Assembly: GCA_963825135.1 (NCBI GenBank)
Contig: CAWGRW010000009.1
Coordinates: 1,664,001 to 1,728,000, forward strand
Source of the DNA: an uncultured bacterium
GTDB lineage: Bacteria; Desulfobacterota_D; UBA1144; Nemesobacterales; UBA2774
DNA length: 64,000 nt
Reading direction: 5' to 3'
Position 1 is the first letter of the stretch, and each line of letters begins with the position of its first letter. This document shows positions 11,096-21,583 of this stretch, piece by piece. The translations under genes were made by a program, and so were the position numbers. The notes under the pieces were generated by a model. The model made no database searches. It worked only from the letters and a program-made list of their open reading frames with translations, and had not been told where the DNA came from.

Positions 11096-12145
11096 TTGTT
11101 TTTAAGCAAAAAGGAACTTGTGGGACTTGATATTGGTTCTAACGCGGTTAAGCTCGTCGAGCTTAAAGCAACCAAAAACGGCTACCAGTTGAAGAATATC
11201 GGTGAAGCCGTTTTGCCCCCTAATTCAATAGTCAATAAGATCATCGAAAAGCGCGAAGCCGTTACGGATACGATCTCCTCGCTGTTTGAAGACCTGCGGG
11301 TTAAAACCAGGAATGTCGCGATTTCGATCTCCGGACACTCTGTAATAATAAAGAAGGTCAGCCTGCCCAAGATGTCGGAGAAAGAACTCCGGGAATCGAT
11401 CCCGTGGGAGCTCGAGCAGTACATTCCCCAGAGCATTCACGACGTGAACTATGACTATCAGGTTATCCCCGGGGAGACGCCCGAAGGGAACATAGACGTC
11501 CTGATCGTGGCCGCGAAGAAGGACGTAACAAATTCTTATGTTTCCATAGTGAACGACGTCGGCTTGAACCCCGTAGTCGTGGACGTCGATGTGTTCGCCC
11601 TTGAAAATATGTATGAAATCAATTATCCGGACTCGGAGGGTCTTGTCGCACTGGCTAATATCGGCGCCTCCGTTACCAACATAAATATACTGAAGGACGG
11701 CGTGTCGATATTCACGAGAGATATAACGACCGGCGGGAATCAGTTTACGGATTGGATAATGAAGGACCTCGGAGTCGACTACCCGGAAGCGGAGAGCATG
11801 AAGACCTCCATGCGCGGAGGGGAGAACTCCCCGGAACTCGAAGGACTCATCCACAATTACAACGACTTGATCTGTGGGGAGATTAAAAGGACGCTCGAAT
11901 TCTTTGCTTCGACTCTATGGACGAGCAAGGTAGGCAATATCCTGATAGGGGGCGGCTCGTCCAGAGTCCCCGGATTGAGAGACGTCCTCGAGGATTTAAC
12001 AGACGCAAAAGTCGATTTCATGAATCCGTTCAGAAATATAGCTTACGATAAAAATGACTTCGATCCCGAATATATAGAAGCGATAGCTCCGAAAATGAGC
12101 GTCGTCATGGGTCTCGCCACGAGGAAACCGGGGGATAAGGCATGA
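11096..12145 (+). CDS. pilM: Type IV pilus assembly protein PilM
   Basis: VGLDIGSNAVK, actin-like fold motifs ANIGASVTNI, GGNQFT, GGGSS; first of five pil genes. Confidence 0.95.
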   Translation: MFLSKKELVGLDIGSNAVKLVELKATKNGYQLKNIGEAVLPPNSIVNKIIEKREAVTDTISSLFEDLRVKTRNVAISISGHSVIIKKVSLPKMSEKELRESIPWELEQYIPQSIHDVNYDYQVIPGETPEGNIDVLIVAAKKDVTNSYVSIVNDVGLNPVVVDVDVFALENMYEINYPDSEGLVALANIGASVTNINILKDGVSIFTRDITTGGNQFTDWIMKDLGVDYPEAESMKTSMRGGENSPELEGLIHNYNDLICGEIKRTLEFFASTLWTSKVGNILIGGGSSRVPGLRDVLEDLTDAKVDFMNPFRNIAYDKNDFDPEYIEAIAPKMSVVMGLATRKPGDKA

Positions 12146-12765
12146 TCAGGATAAACCTTATTCCGGCGGCGGATAGGAAGGAGGTTAAGGGGGTCGGCGA
12201 CATATTTATAGGGATCTGCGTTCTCGTCGCTTTATTCACGGCGATTGCGGCTATACATATTTTACAGGCAAATAAAATAGAGGATGTTAACCGGAGAATC
12301 GTAAAGACTGAGAAGAAGATTAAGGAGCTTGAGGTTATAAAAGTGAAGGTCGACGATTTTAAGGCGAAAAACGCGGAGCTCAACAGGAGAATCGAGATTA
12401 TCAGCGTGCTTGAGAAAAATCGCACCGGACCTTTATATGTGATGGACGCCCTTTCTCATGCTGTCCCGAACAAAGCATGGATAGACGAATTCACCGAGAA
12501 AGGGTCACAGACCAAGCTCGTAGGCATAGCCGACAGCGAATTCACTGTGGCGGATTTCATGCAGGCTCTGCAATCCTCCCCATATTTCGAGGGTGTGGAA
12601 TTGGGGGTAATCAAAAAAACGGAACTGCGCAAACTCGACCTGAGGGCTTTTGTCATAAATACCAAGCTCAATTACGCCGGGAAATCGAATACGAAGGACG
12701 ATAAGAATCAAGATGTTAAATCTCCGGCGAAGGGTCCTGAGTCGAAGAAGGCGGTGACGGAATGA
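12142..12765 (+). CDS. pilN: Type IV pilus assembly protein PilN
   Basis: MIRINLIP motif, TM helix, coiled coil. Confidence 0.92.
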   Translation: MIRINLIPAADRKEVKGVGDIFIGICVLVALFTAIAAIHILQANKIEDVNRRIVKTEKKIKELEVIKVKVDDFKAKNAELNRRIEIISVLEKNRTGPLYVMDALSHAVPNKAWIDEFTEKGSQTKLVGIADSEFTVADFMQALQSSPYFEGVELGVIKKTELRKLDLRAFVINTKLNYAGKSNTKDDKNQDVKSPAKGPESKKAVTE

Positions 12766-13397
12766 TGGCTTTTATCGAAGATTATTCCGAAAGGCTGACC
12801 GAGCAGCCGCTGCACGTAAGGGCCGGCATACTGCTCGCTGTCGTCGTATTGATATCCGTAATTTACTGGTATTTCTTCTGGTCGCCGAATGCGGAAGAGT
12901 TAAAGAGCGCTCAAGGCAGGCTCGGACAGGACGAGATAAAGATAAGGGAATACGAGGCGATCGCAACCGAGCTGCCCAAGTTCGAAAGAGAGTACAAGAG
13001 GCTCGACAAGGAGTTTCAGCTCGTAACGCGCAAGCTTCCGAACGATAAGGAGATTCCGGCATTAATAGACGGCGTGTATTCCGAGATTGCGGCTTCGAAT
13101 CTCGAATCCATAATTTTCGCTCCCAAGCCGCAGGTCACAAAAGAAATATATGCCGAGATCCCGATAGAGATGGAAGTAATAGGAACATACTTTAACCTCG
13201 CTGATTTTTTCGACCGCATATCGAGACTTCCGAGGATAGTGAACGTGCGGGATCTTCAGCTCACCCGCAACGATATCCGAGGGGGTAATGTGATACTCAA
13301 CGTAAAATTCGACGTAGTAACTTTCAGACTCCTGCCCCCTCAGGAAATCAACGCTCAGGATAACAAGAAAATGAAGGGAAGGAAGCAAAAGAAATAA
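12762..13397 (+). CDS. pilO: Type IV pilus assembly protein PilO
   Basis: LPNDKEIPALI, YAEIPI, LPRIVNV motifs; operon position. Confidence 0.92.
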   Translation: MMAFIEDYSERLTEQPLHVRAGILLAVVVLISVIYWYFFWSPNAEELKSAQGRLGQDEIKIREYEAIATELPKFEREYKRLDKEFQLVTRKLPNDKEIPALIDGVYSEIAASNLESIIFAPKPQVTKEIYAEIPIEMEVIGTYFNLADFFDRISRLPRIVNVRDLQLTRNDIRGGNVILNVKFDVVTFRLLPPQEINAQDNKKMKGRKQKK

Positions 13398-13429
13398 AAA
13401 CAGTATTGATGGATGTTCAATATACGGAT

Positions 13430-14077
13430 ATGAAGACGTACGGATTGATAAAATTGATTTTTGTCCTGTTATTTGCCCTCTGGCCATTGCGGTTAGCAGG
13501 CTCGCAGGAAGTGCAGGCTCCTTCCGACAGTACCCTGTCGCAGGGCTTACAGGTAATTAAAGACGCCAGAGAAGGCAAGATGGAGACACCGGAACAGAGG
13601 GCCGGGGATTCTGCGGCTGAGGAAAGTCCCGCGGCGCCGGGCCCTGCCGGCGGGCAAACGGGTGTTACGACTCCGGAACAGCCGGGGGGAAAAGACCTCC
13701 AGACGACCCGGGAGGAAAAGCCGCCCTATGATTCCACTGGCATGCGGGACCCCTTTAAACCCTTTATCAAGTTAGTCGATACCCCGGCTTCGCCTTCGCT
13801 GGTGCTGCGTCCTCCGATACAGAGGTACCCGTTAAACCAGTTCAGAATTGTGGGGATCGTATGGATAGGCGGCAAGCCCCAGGCGATGATCGTTGACCCG
13901 GAGGCGAACACATACTTCCTCGGTGCGGGGGACAAGATAGGGAGCAGTGACGGGGAGATAATGGAAGTCAGGGAGAGCGGGATCCTGGTGCAGGAAAAGA
14001 CAAGACTCGAGAACGCATACGGAGAGGCAAAAATCGAAGTGAAACAGTCTGTACTGGCTTTTCAAAACGACCAATGA
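13430..14077 (+). CDS. pilP: Type IV pilus assembly protein PilP (start could be 13406-13430)
   Basis: YDSTGMRDPFKP, PIQRYPLNQFRIVGIVW, G.KIG..DG motifs. Confidence 0.88.
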   Translation: MKTYGLIKLIFVLLFALWPLRLAGSQEVQAPSDSTLSQGLQVIKDAREGKMETPEQRAGDSAAEESPAAPGPAGGQTGVTTPEQPGGKDLQTTREEKPPYDSTGMRDPFKPFIKLVDTPASPSLVLRPPIQRYPLNQFRIVGIVWIGGKPQAMIVDPEANTYFLGAGDKIGSSDGEIMEVRESGILVQEKTRLENAYGEAKIEVKQSVLAFQNDQ

Positions 14078-14126
14078 CAAGAGGATACGTATTCAGGAGG
14101 ACGATTAAGTTAAGGAGGATGGTTTA

Positions 14127-16055
14127 ATGAGATTCCTGATAATATCAATCGTGCTAATAATTTGTGCCCTGTATTCAGGTTCACAGGTCTATAGTGCGCA
14201 GCCACAGCAAAATTACGACTACCACGAGTCGCCTATCGAGGCGTCGGGAATTGCGGGTGCGGGAGGAGTAAACAAGAAATCTCCCGTCCAGGTAGCCCAG
14301 GCCCAGACAGGCACGACGGCTGTTCCCCAGAATACGACCGTTAACATGCCTAACCCTTCCGATGAATATAATCATATCGAGAGCATCGGTTTTGAGGTTC
14401 AGCAGGGGATGGGGATAGTTACCATAGGAACGGTCTCGGGTGTTCAGTACGAAAGACTCGCGGATGAGGATAAGAAAGTCACAATTAAGATTATGGACGC
14501 CATTCTCGCGGACAAGTTTCAGGTCTCGCGGGACGTCAGTGATTTCGACAGCCCGATCAGCTTCATATCCTCGTTCAGGGACCCGATCAAGCCGAACGAC
14601 GTAATAGTAGTTATCGAGCTCAAGGATGACGACGTGCCGGTGGATATCGGACAGAAAGGGAACGTGATTACGCTCAATTTCGGTAAAACGCGCGAGCAGC
14701 AAGTATCAGCCGCGGAGAAGGGGGAGGTGGAGGTCGCGGTTAAGCCGGAGGACCTCTACGCCTTCGATTTCAGACTAACATCGATACCGGGCGCGACGAA
14801 GACCTATAAAGGCCAGCTGGTTTCGTTTGATTTTAAAGACGCGGATATAAGGGACGTGCTCAGAATAATTTCTGATATAAGCGGACTCAACATGATTATT
14901 TCCAGAAACGTATCCGGCACGGTTACGCTGAAGCTTACGAACGTCCCGTGGGACCAGGCGCTCGACGTGATTCTCGAAGACGCCGGTCTCGGGGCCTTCA
15001 TAGACGGGAATGTGCTTAGGGTAGCCCCCCTTGGTACGCTCCAGGCGAGGCAGAAGGCGGTAAAGAAGGCAGCGGAAACCAGTGAAGAATTGGAGCCCCT
15101 CATCACCAAACAGGTATTCGTCAACTATGCAAAGTCCGAGGAGCTCATACCGCTCGTCGAGCCCCTGTTGAGCGACAGAGGGGAGCTGAGGGTCGATATA
15201 CGCACTAACAGCTTACTAATTAACGATACGGGCGTCAGAGTGGCCCAGATCGAGAACCTTGTCGGCGAGCTCGATACGAGGACTCCTCAGGTACTGATAG
15301 AATCGCGAATAGTTCAGGCCACACTCGATTTCGCGCGCGACCTCGGCATCCAGTGGGGCTTTGACTATACGGCCTCCGCAGCCACGGGGAATCCGACGGG
15401 CGCGACTTTCCCGTCGAGTGTCGAGATCGGCGGTTCCACGACCGGGAGCCCCTTCGGGACGACAGGCGATAATTTCATAATCGACCTGCCTGCCGCAGCC
15501 GGTCCGGGTGCGGGCGGAGTTCTGGGACTCGTTCTCGGCAGCTTAACAGGAGCATACGACCTCGACCTCAGGCTTTCCGCTCTAGAATCGAGAGGGGACG
15601 GCAGGATACTGTCATCGCCAAAGGTGCTGACACTCGACAATACGCCCGCCAGGATAGAGCAGGGCGTATCGATACCGTTCCTGAGCGTTTCCGCCGCGGG
15701 TACGCAGACCCAGTTCGTCGACGCCACGCTCAGCCTCGAGGTTACACCCCAGGTGACGAACGACAACAGGATATTGATGAATATTGTAGTTACGGATAAT
15801 CGACCCGATACCGCCTTGACCGGGGCGAACGGACAGCCCAGCATCAGGAGGAACGAGGCGACTACTCAGGTCCTCGCGAGCGACGGAGAGACTATAGTAA
15901 TAGGTGGTATATTGACTAGAGAGATTGCCGATTCGGACAAGAGCATACCGTGGTTCTCGAGACTGCCTCTCCTTGGATGGCTTTTCCAGAGGAGCTCGAC
16001 GGTCGACGCGCGGAGGGAGCTAATAGTCTTTATCACTCCGAGGATTGTAAGGTAG
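14127..16055 (+). CDS. pilQ: Type IV pilus secretin PilQ
   Basis: FDFKDADIRDVL, VPWDQALDVIL, QVLIESRIV, IPWFSRLPLLGWLF...ELIVFITPRIV. Confidence 0.95.
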   Translation: MRFLIISIVLIICALYSGSQVYSAQPQQNYDYHESPIEASGIAGAGGVNKKSPVQVAQAQTGTTAVPQNTTVNMPNPSDEYNHIESIGFEVQQGMGIVTIGTVSGVQYERLADEDKKVTIKIMDAILADKFQVSRDVSDFDSPISFISSFRDPIKPNDVIVVIELKDDDVPVDIGQKGNVITLNFGKTREQQVSAAEKGEVEVAVKPEDLYAFDFRLTSIPGATKTYKGQLVSFDFKDADIRDVLRIISDISGLNMIISRNVSGTVTLKLTNVPWDQALDVILEDAGLGAFIDGNVLRVAPLGTLQARQKAVKKAAETSEELEPLITKQVFVNYAKSEELIPLVEPLLSDRGELRVDIRTNSLLINDTGVRVAQIENLVGELDTRTPQVLIESRIVQATLDFARDLGIQWGFDYTASAATGNPTGATFPSSVEIGGSTTGSPFGTTGDNFIIDLPAAAGPGAGGVLGLVLGSLTGAYDLDLRLSALESRGDGRILSSPKVLTLDNTPARIEQGVSIPFLSVSAAGTQTQFVDATLSLEVTPQVTNDNRILMNIVVTDNRPDTALTGANGQPSIRRNEATTQVLASDGETIVIGGILTREIADSDKSIPWFSRLPLLGWLFQRSSTVDARRELIVFITPRIVR

Positions 16056-16091
16056 GAGCGAGTTGAAACATTCAAAGAGGAGGATGATTTG

Positions 16092-16650
16092 ATGAACAGG
16101 AAACTAATGGGGAAGATATTATTCCCCTCAATAATAGCGGTAATGTTAACGGCGGGAGTGATCGCCGTAAGCTGCGGAGGGGCAAACCCGCCTTTCGCGC
16201 CTTTCGGCTCGACGGTCGAGATACTCGATCCCCCCGAGCGATGTAGCGATACCGAATAATTCCCTGACTACGCTTCTTGTGCAAGCTCTAGTGCTGGGTC
16301 CTGACGGACAGCCTTTGAACAGTGTAAGGGTTGTATGGATCGCGTCATTCGCGGGCGAGAATGATTTGGTGGTCGACACGAACGGGGATAACGTAGGCGA
16401 TGCCAGAGCAGTACAATTGGTTAATGATGACGCTTGTACGCCGGACAGATGCGCGCTGACGCCTCTGCAGGAGTGGTTCAGCATGGGGGCATTTGTCGAT
16501 TCTCCTTTTGAGACCCTCACCGACGACCGCGGCGTTGCATTCGTCGACATTCTGATAAGCGGCGAGGACATAATCGACCCGGCGTTCCTGGAGGCGTCCA
16601 CCGACAGCGGCTCGGTCGATGTAGTCGAGTTCACTGTGAACGTTCCGTAG
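16092..16650 (+). CDS. Hypothetical lipoprotein (frameshift at the C-run near 16230-16235)
   Basis: GAGGAGG RBS, MNRKLMGKILFPSIIAVMLTAGVIAVSC lipobox; continues in a shifted frame into ORF 16279..16650. Confidence 0.65.
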
Positions 16651-16684
16651 GAGTATAAGTTCATATAAGGAGGGATGGATTATT

Positions 16685-17611
16685 ATGAGAATAAGGAACT
16701 TGTTTAAACATAAATTGGTGCGTGTTTCTTCGGTCCTGTTATTTCTGGTCTTATTTTTAGGCTCGCAATACGCCTGTCTCGACGGTCTTGGCGGCGACAG
16801 CTCGGAACACCCTATAAATACGGCTATAATCGGTCTGAGCGCGAATCCGCCTTCTCTCTTTGGCAATGCAGGCAAGGATTCTGTAATACAGGTGAATACG
16901 AACCTGGTCCCTGACGGAACACCCATAGATTTTGAGATTACATTTTCGCCCACCGGCCTCAGGCCGGAGTTGAGAGGGTGCTTGTTCGATAGCACCGGGA
17001 CGGTCGAAGGAAATTTGGCTTTTGTGAATTACCTGGCGGGTGTGCATAAAGGAGCCGGCGCTACGATCGAGGAGATAGCTGCTGATGTCGCTACTGTAAA
17101 TGTATCAACTACGATCCACCCCGTGGACGGGGATGAGGAGAGCGATTTTATTACCATGACACTCCGGGGAGTGGGAATAGTGGGGCCCGGTAATCAGGAC
17201 ATTACCGTTCCGAATCCGATGGATCTGGAAGCGGAGGACATATTTTTAACGCTTATTTTTCAGACAGTCGGAATAGAGCCGGGGACCCTCGCAGAAGTAT
17301 CCCTCAGCGACCCCGCGCTTGGATCATTAAACGATGGAGACAGCGACGTTTTTGTGCCCGTTTTGGGGGACTCGGAAGGGGGGCAGTTTATAGTTCAGTA
17401 CAATGCTTTCAGAGTGGGCGGTACTCAGGTCATTACTGCGAGAATCCAGCTTGAGGTCCCGCCTGAGTTCACGGCAATCTGTCCCATACCCCCCGCGGAG
17501 GACTTGCTCATAGAATCGGTCGTCGTTATTACTCAGTCGGTGGAATCTCTGTCGCCATCACCGTCGCCTTCTGCTACTCCGACTCCGACTCCGACAATGC
17601 CGACACCATAA
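16685..17611 (+). CDS. Hypothetical acidic beta-rich (lipo)protein with Pro/Thr-rich tail
   Basis: AGGAGG RBS, hydrophobic leader ending QYAC, C-terminal SPSPSPSATPTPTPT. Confidence 0.7.
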   Translation: MRIRNLFKHKLVRVSSVLLFLVLFLGSQYACLDGLGGDSSEHPINTAIIGLSANPPSLFGNAGKDSVIQVNTNLVPDGTPIDFEITFSPTGLRPELRGCLFDSTGTVEGNLAFVNYLAGVHKGAGATIEEIAADVATVNVSTTIHPVDGDEESDFITMTLRGVGIVGPGNQDITVPNPMDLEAEDIFLTLIFQTVGIEPGTLAEVSLSDPALGSLNDGDSDVFVPVLGDSEGGQFIVQYNAFRVGGTQVITARIQLEVPPEFTAICPIPPAEDLLIESVVVITQSVESLSPSPSPSATPTPTPTMPTP

Positions 17612-17739
17612 GCATGAGATCGGGGGATGTTGTGGATATAAAGACGAAATTAATCGGGTGACGGGATATTGCTATCCAATAGATTACGCCGTATTTTTAA
17701 GGTGCAGTTTCCTTATCTCTCATTATTTCCAGATAATTG

Positions 17740-17817
17740 TTTGACTTAATCCCGGCCTTTTGTTTACTATTTTTTGACATCTATTTTCCAACACGCTTAA
17801 TTTTCGGTAATATGTAT
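17740..17817 (+). repeat. Direct repeat copy 1 (contains TTGACT-18-TACTAT promoter)
   Basis: tttgacttaatcccggcctttt...cgcttaattttcggtaatat, imperfectly repeated at 18585-18662. Confidence 0.85.
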
Positions 17818-17838
17818 TGCGTGGGGTGAGATTGTAAA

Positions 17839-18066
17839 ATGACCAAACAGTTCAAAGTTATAGTTGAAAAGCATGCCGATGGCTACGTAGCATACCCCCT
17901 CGGCTTGAAAGGTGTGGTCGTTGGCGAGGGCGAGACTTATGAAGATGCCTTGGCCGACGTAAAATCCGCTATCAGTTTCCATATTGAAACTTTCGGAAAA
18001 GATGTTTTGATAGATGAATCACCTGTGCTCGAAGTTTTTATAGCAGAAGCGGGGGTTGGTATCTGA
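17839..18066 (+). CDS. hicB: HicB-family antitoxin
   Basis: FKVIVEKHADGYVAY...GEGETYEDALADVKSAI. Confidence 0.85.
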   Translation: MTKQFKVIVEKHADGYVAYPLGLKGVVVGEGETYEDALADVKSAISFHIETFGKDVLIDESPVLEVFIAEAGVGI

Positions 18067-18317
18067 TATCTGTCTTGTCGTTTCACATCTTCTAAACGAG
18101 CTCCCTTCTTCGTCTAGAAAATTATCCAATAAGCTTTACTTCTAAGTTTTGAAATCTATTAAATGTTTTTGAACCGTTTTTATGCATCCCTTGACAGTCG
18201 TTTTAATTTGATTTAATAGGATTCCTATGGAAATACTAGAATATAAACTCAATATAGGCGATATTTCGATCACGAAGATGTTGAATAGACTTTTCAAATA
18301 TTCTATCGGAAAGTCTC

Positions 18318-18557
18318 ATGATTAAATTTCCAGTCGATGCTCCTAAGACGAAAGTCATAAAGACACTTGAACTTCTGGGGTTTCGTCTTGTTCGCGAAAG
18401 AGAGCACATCGCGATGGTAAGAGAAAATCCCGACGGTACGCGGACTCCGTTGACCATACCCAATCATGCCCGGATCAAGGGTTCAACCTTGCGCAACATC
18501 TGTACTCAGGCGGGCATCCTCAGAGAAGATTTCCTGAAGGCTTACGAACAAGCTTGA
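18318..18557 (+). CDS. hicA: HicA-family toxin
   Basis: VIKTLELLGFRLVREREHI...LTIPNH..IKGSTLRNICTQAGI. Confidence 0.85.
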   Translation: MIKFPVDAPKTKVIKTLELLGFRLVREREHIAMVRENPDGTRTPLTIPNHARIKGSTLRNICTQAGILREDFLKAYEQA

Positions 18558-18584
18558 AATAGTCATTTTGCTGACATTTTGGTA

Positions 18585-18662
18585 TTTGACTTAATCCCGG
18601 CCTTTTCTTACTATTTATCTGATAACTGTTTCCCAATGCGCTTAATTTTCGGTAATATCTAT
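18585..18662 (+). repeat. Direct repeat copy 2 (contains TTGACT-17-TACTAT promoter)
   Basis: Shares a 22-nt identical start and a 20-nt identical block near the end with 17740-17817. Confidence 0.85.
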
Positions 18663-18727
18663 AGTATGTTGAGCAGGTGTTTCACGGGTTCCAAGATTTG
18701 ATCAAGTCAATCGGGTTGGAGGGTCGG

Positions 18728-20395
18728 ATGTCTGTTGACGAAAACGAGCTTGAAAGGATGAGGAAAGCGAGAGAGCTTTGGGAGAAAGATTACGGCAGCG
18801 CCTCGAAAAGGGAGGCCGACTATACGACCATCTCCGGGATGGATGTGCCGCCACTCATTACGCCACTTGACTTAAACGGTTTTAATTTTGAGGAAAAACT
18901 GGGTTTCCCCGGCGCGTATCCCTATACCCGGGGTATCCACAGCACTATGTACAGGGGCCGTCTCTGGACCATGCGCCAGTTCGCGGGGTTCGGGACGCCC
19001 GAGGACACCAACGGGCGCTTCAAATACCTGATGGAGCACGGGCAGACCGGTCTCAGCACCGCGTTCGATATGCCCACGCTTATGGGCTACGACAGCGACC
19101 ACGAACGCTCGAGGGGGGAGGTCGGGAAAGAGGGCGTATCGGTATCCTCGCTTGCCGATATGGAGGTACTCTTCGACGGCATAGACCTCGAGAAAGTGAC
19201 GACCTCTATGACCATCAACTGCAGCGCGAGCGTCGTATTCGCGATGTATCTCGTCATGGCCGAGAAGAAAGGGGTCAGCTGGCACAAGCTCCGGGGCACC
19301 CTCCAGAACGATATGCTGAAGGAGTTCATCGCTCAGAGGGAATGGATATCGCCGCCCGAGCCGTCCGTAAAAATCACAGTCGACATTATGGAATTCTGCG
19401 CTAAGGAAGTCCCGCAGTGGCACCCGGTCTCGGTATCCGGCTACCACATCCGCGAGGCGGGCTCGACCGCCGTCCAGGAGCTTGCGTTTACGCTCGCAGA
19501 CGGCATAGCGTATGTGGAAGAAGGCATTAAGCGCGGTCTCGACGTGGACGATTTCGCTCCCCGCCTCTCTTTCTTTTTCAACGTGCACAACGACTTTCTC
19601 GAAGAGATCGCCAAATACAGGGCCGCGAGAAGGATGTGGGCGAAGATCATGCGGGAACGCTTCGGAGCCACGAATCCGAAATCCCTGATGCTGAAAACCC
19701 ACGCGCAAACGGCGGGGGCGAGCCTCACGGCGCAGCAGCCTATAAATAACGTCGCGAGGGTGACGATTCAGGCCCTCGCTGCCGTGCTCGGCGGAACTCA
19801 GTCGCTCCACACGAACTCGATGGACGAAACGCTCGCACTGCCGACGGAGGAGTCCGTTACGGTCGCGCTCAGGACTCAGCAGATAATCGCCGAAGAAAGC
19901 GGAGTCGTGAACACGATCGACCCCTTCGGCGGGAGCTACGTGATGGAATCGCTCACTGAAAGGATAGAGCAGGAAGCGTTCGCTTACATAAACAAGATAG
20001 ACGAGATGGGTGGTATATTCCGGGCTATAGAAACGGGCTATCCCCAGAAAGAGATCGCCGACGCGGCATATAAGTATCAGAGAGAGATCGATACGGGTTT
20101 GAAGACCATAGTAGGGGTCAATAAATACAATACCGAAGGCGAAGTTACCATACCCACACTTAAAATCGAGGAGTGGGTCGAGACGGGTCAGATTGAGAAA
20201 CTCCGTGAGCTCAAGAAAAAGAGAAATAATAAAGCCGTTCAGGCGAGGCTCAGGGATATTGTCACGGCCGCGCGGAACGGGGATAACCTGATGCCTTCCA
20301 TAATTGATGCCGTAAGGGAATACGCCACTCTCGGGGAAATATGCGATATATTCAGGGAAGTGTACGGGGTTTACAGAGACCCGGGCTATTTTTAA
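18728..20395 (+). CDS. B12-dependent acyl-CoA mutase, large subunit (methylmalonyl-CoA mutase family, isobutyryl-CoA mutase-type residues)
   Basis: [46 protein letters not shown]; no fused B12 domain. Confidence 0.92.
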   Translation: MSVDENELERMRKARELWEKDYGSASKREADYTTISGMDVPPLITPLDLNGFNFEEKLGFPGAYPYTRGIHSTMYRGRLWTMRQFAGFGTPEDTNGRFKYLMEHGQTGLSTAFDMPTLMGYDSDHERSRGEVGKEGVSVSSLADMEVLFDGIDLEKVTTSMTINCSASVVFAMYLVMAEKKGVSWHKLRGTLQNDMLKEFIAQREWISPPEPSVKITVDIMEFCAKEVPQWHPVSVSGYHIREAGSTAVQELAFTLADGIAYVEEGIKRGLDVDDFAPRLSFFFNVHNDFLEEIAKYRAARRMWAKIMRERFGATNPKSLMLKTHAQTAGASLTAQQPINNVARVTIQALAAVLGGTQSLHTNSMDETLALPTEESVTVALRTQQIIAEESGVVNTIDPFGGSYVMESLTERIEQEAFAYINKIDEMGGIFRAIETGYPQKEIADAAYKYQREIDTGLKTIVGVNKYNTEGEVTIPTLKIEEWVETGQIEKLRELKKKRNNKAVQARLRDIVTAARNGDNLMPSIIDAVREYATLGEICDIFREVYGVYRDPGYF

Positions 20396-20491
20396 CGGCT
20401 GCCGGGTCTGCCCGCAAGCGTCTTATTTCTAAGCCAGGGGCGGAAGGCTTCTCCGTAAAAGAAACATAACTTATTTTTGAGGGCGTTCTGT

Positions 20492-20902
20492 ATGGGTCAG
20501 GGTTCGAGAACCAGGATACTGATAGGGAAAGCGGGCCTCGACGGTCACGACAGGGGTGTAAAGATAGTCGCGCGGGCGCTCCGGGACGCGGGATTCGAGG
20601 TCATTTATACCGGGCTCCATAATACGCCCGAGGCCATAGTCGAGACCGCGCTTCAGGAAGACGTGGACGCTCTTGGGCTAAGCATACTCTCGGGCGCGCA
20701 TAACTTTATTTTCCCGGAGGTCATAAGACTCCTGAACGAAAAAGGCATCGGGGACATAACCGTTTTCGGGGGCGGTATAATTCCCAAGGAAGATGTCGAG
20801 TATCTGAAGAAGATGGGTGTCAAGGCCCTGTTCGAGCCGGGCGTATCGACGGACGAGATAATAAACTGGGTAAGAGAGAATGTTATTCCTAAGAATCTAT
20901 AA
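20492..20902 (+). CDS. Cobalamin-binding small subunit of the acyl-CoA mutase
   Basis: [21 protein letters not shown]. Confidence 0.92.
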   Translation: MGQGSRTRILIGKAGLDGHDRGVKIVARALRDAGFEVIYTGLHNTPEAIVETALQEDVDALGLSILSGAHNFIFPEVIRLLNEKGIGDITVFGGGIIPKEDVEYLKKMGVKALFEPGVSTDEIINWVRENVIPKNL

Positions 20903-20911
20903 GGTCGCTCG

Positions 20912-21550
20912 ATGAAGTGCGTCAGCTGCGTAAAGAGAAAGGCAAAGAGATACTGCCCCGCCCTGAGGGGGTCTATATGTCCGGGGTGCTGCGGGGAGAA
21001 GAGGGGGGTCGAGATAAAATGTCCTCTCGACTGTGTCTATTTTGTCGAGGGCCAGAAACATCAGCAGCTCAAGGTGATGCATCAGAGGATCCGCAAGGAA
21101 GGGACCGTGAGCTACGTGCGCCGCGCGGAGCTGTACAACCGGAACCCCGGGGTTTTCGCGAGGATCGAGAAGATATTCGCCGAAGCATACCGCGCCAACA
21201 GGAAGCTCAGGAACGAAGACGTGGTTTCAGCGCTCGGGCTTGTAAAAAACACGCTGGATACGGAGAGGAAGGGGCTCATTTACCAGTATCAGGGCGAAAA
21301 CAGCTTCGCCAACGAATTGTCGACACGGATACTTATAGCATTGACCGATTTTAAAGACAATCACGATATCACGGAGGACAGGGTAACCGTAGATTTTGCT
21401 CTGAACGTCGTGGATGATTTTCTGAGGGAGGCGAAGTTCTACATGGAGAACGATTCGAATCTCCAGAGCTACCTCGTCCATATATTGCGCTATCATCCGG
21501 AAGAGGAAGCGGCCGCGGGACGTCAGAGCGAGCTTATTATTACTCCCTGA
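20912..21550 (+). CDS. Hypothetical protein with Cys-rich (Zn-finger-like) N-terminus
   Basis: CVSC...YCP...ICPGCC...CPLDC. Confidence 0.7.
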   Translation: MKCVSCVKRKAKRYCPALRGSICPGCCGEKRGVEIKCPLDCVYFVEGQKHQQLKVMHQRIRKEGTVSYVRRAELYNRNPGVFARIEKIFAEAYRANRKLRNEDVVSALGLVKNTLDTERKGLIYQYQGENSFANELSTRILIALTDFKDNHDITEDRVTVDFALNVVDDFLREAKFYMENDSNLQSYLVHILRYHPEEEAAAGRQSELIITP

Positions 21551-21583
21551 CGGCCGGTCCGGCACGGGAGGACGGGGGCGTTC

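Noticed and set aside
17550..17608. Short tandem repeat (ccgact)n
   Set aside because: Encodes an ordinary Pro/Thr tail; too short to suggest a contingency locus
18728..20395. Canonical methylmalonyl-CoA mutase call
   Set aside because: The Tyr/Arg substrate determinants are replaced by Phe/Gln
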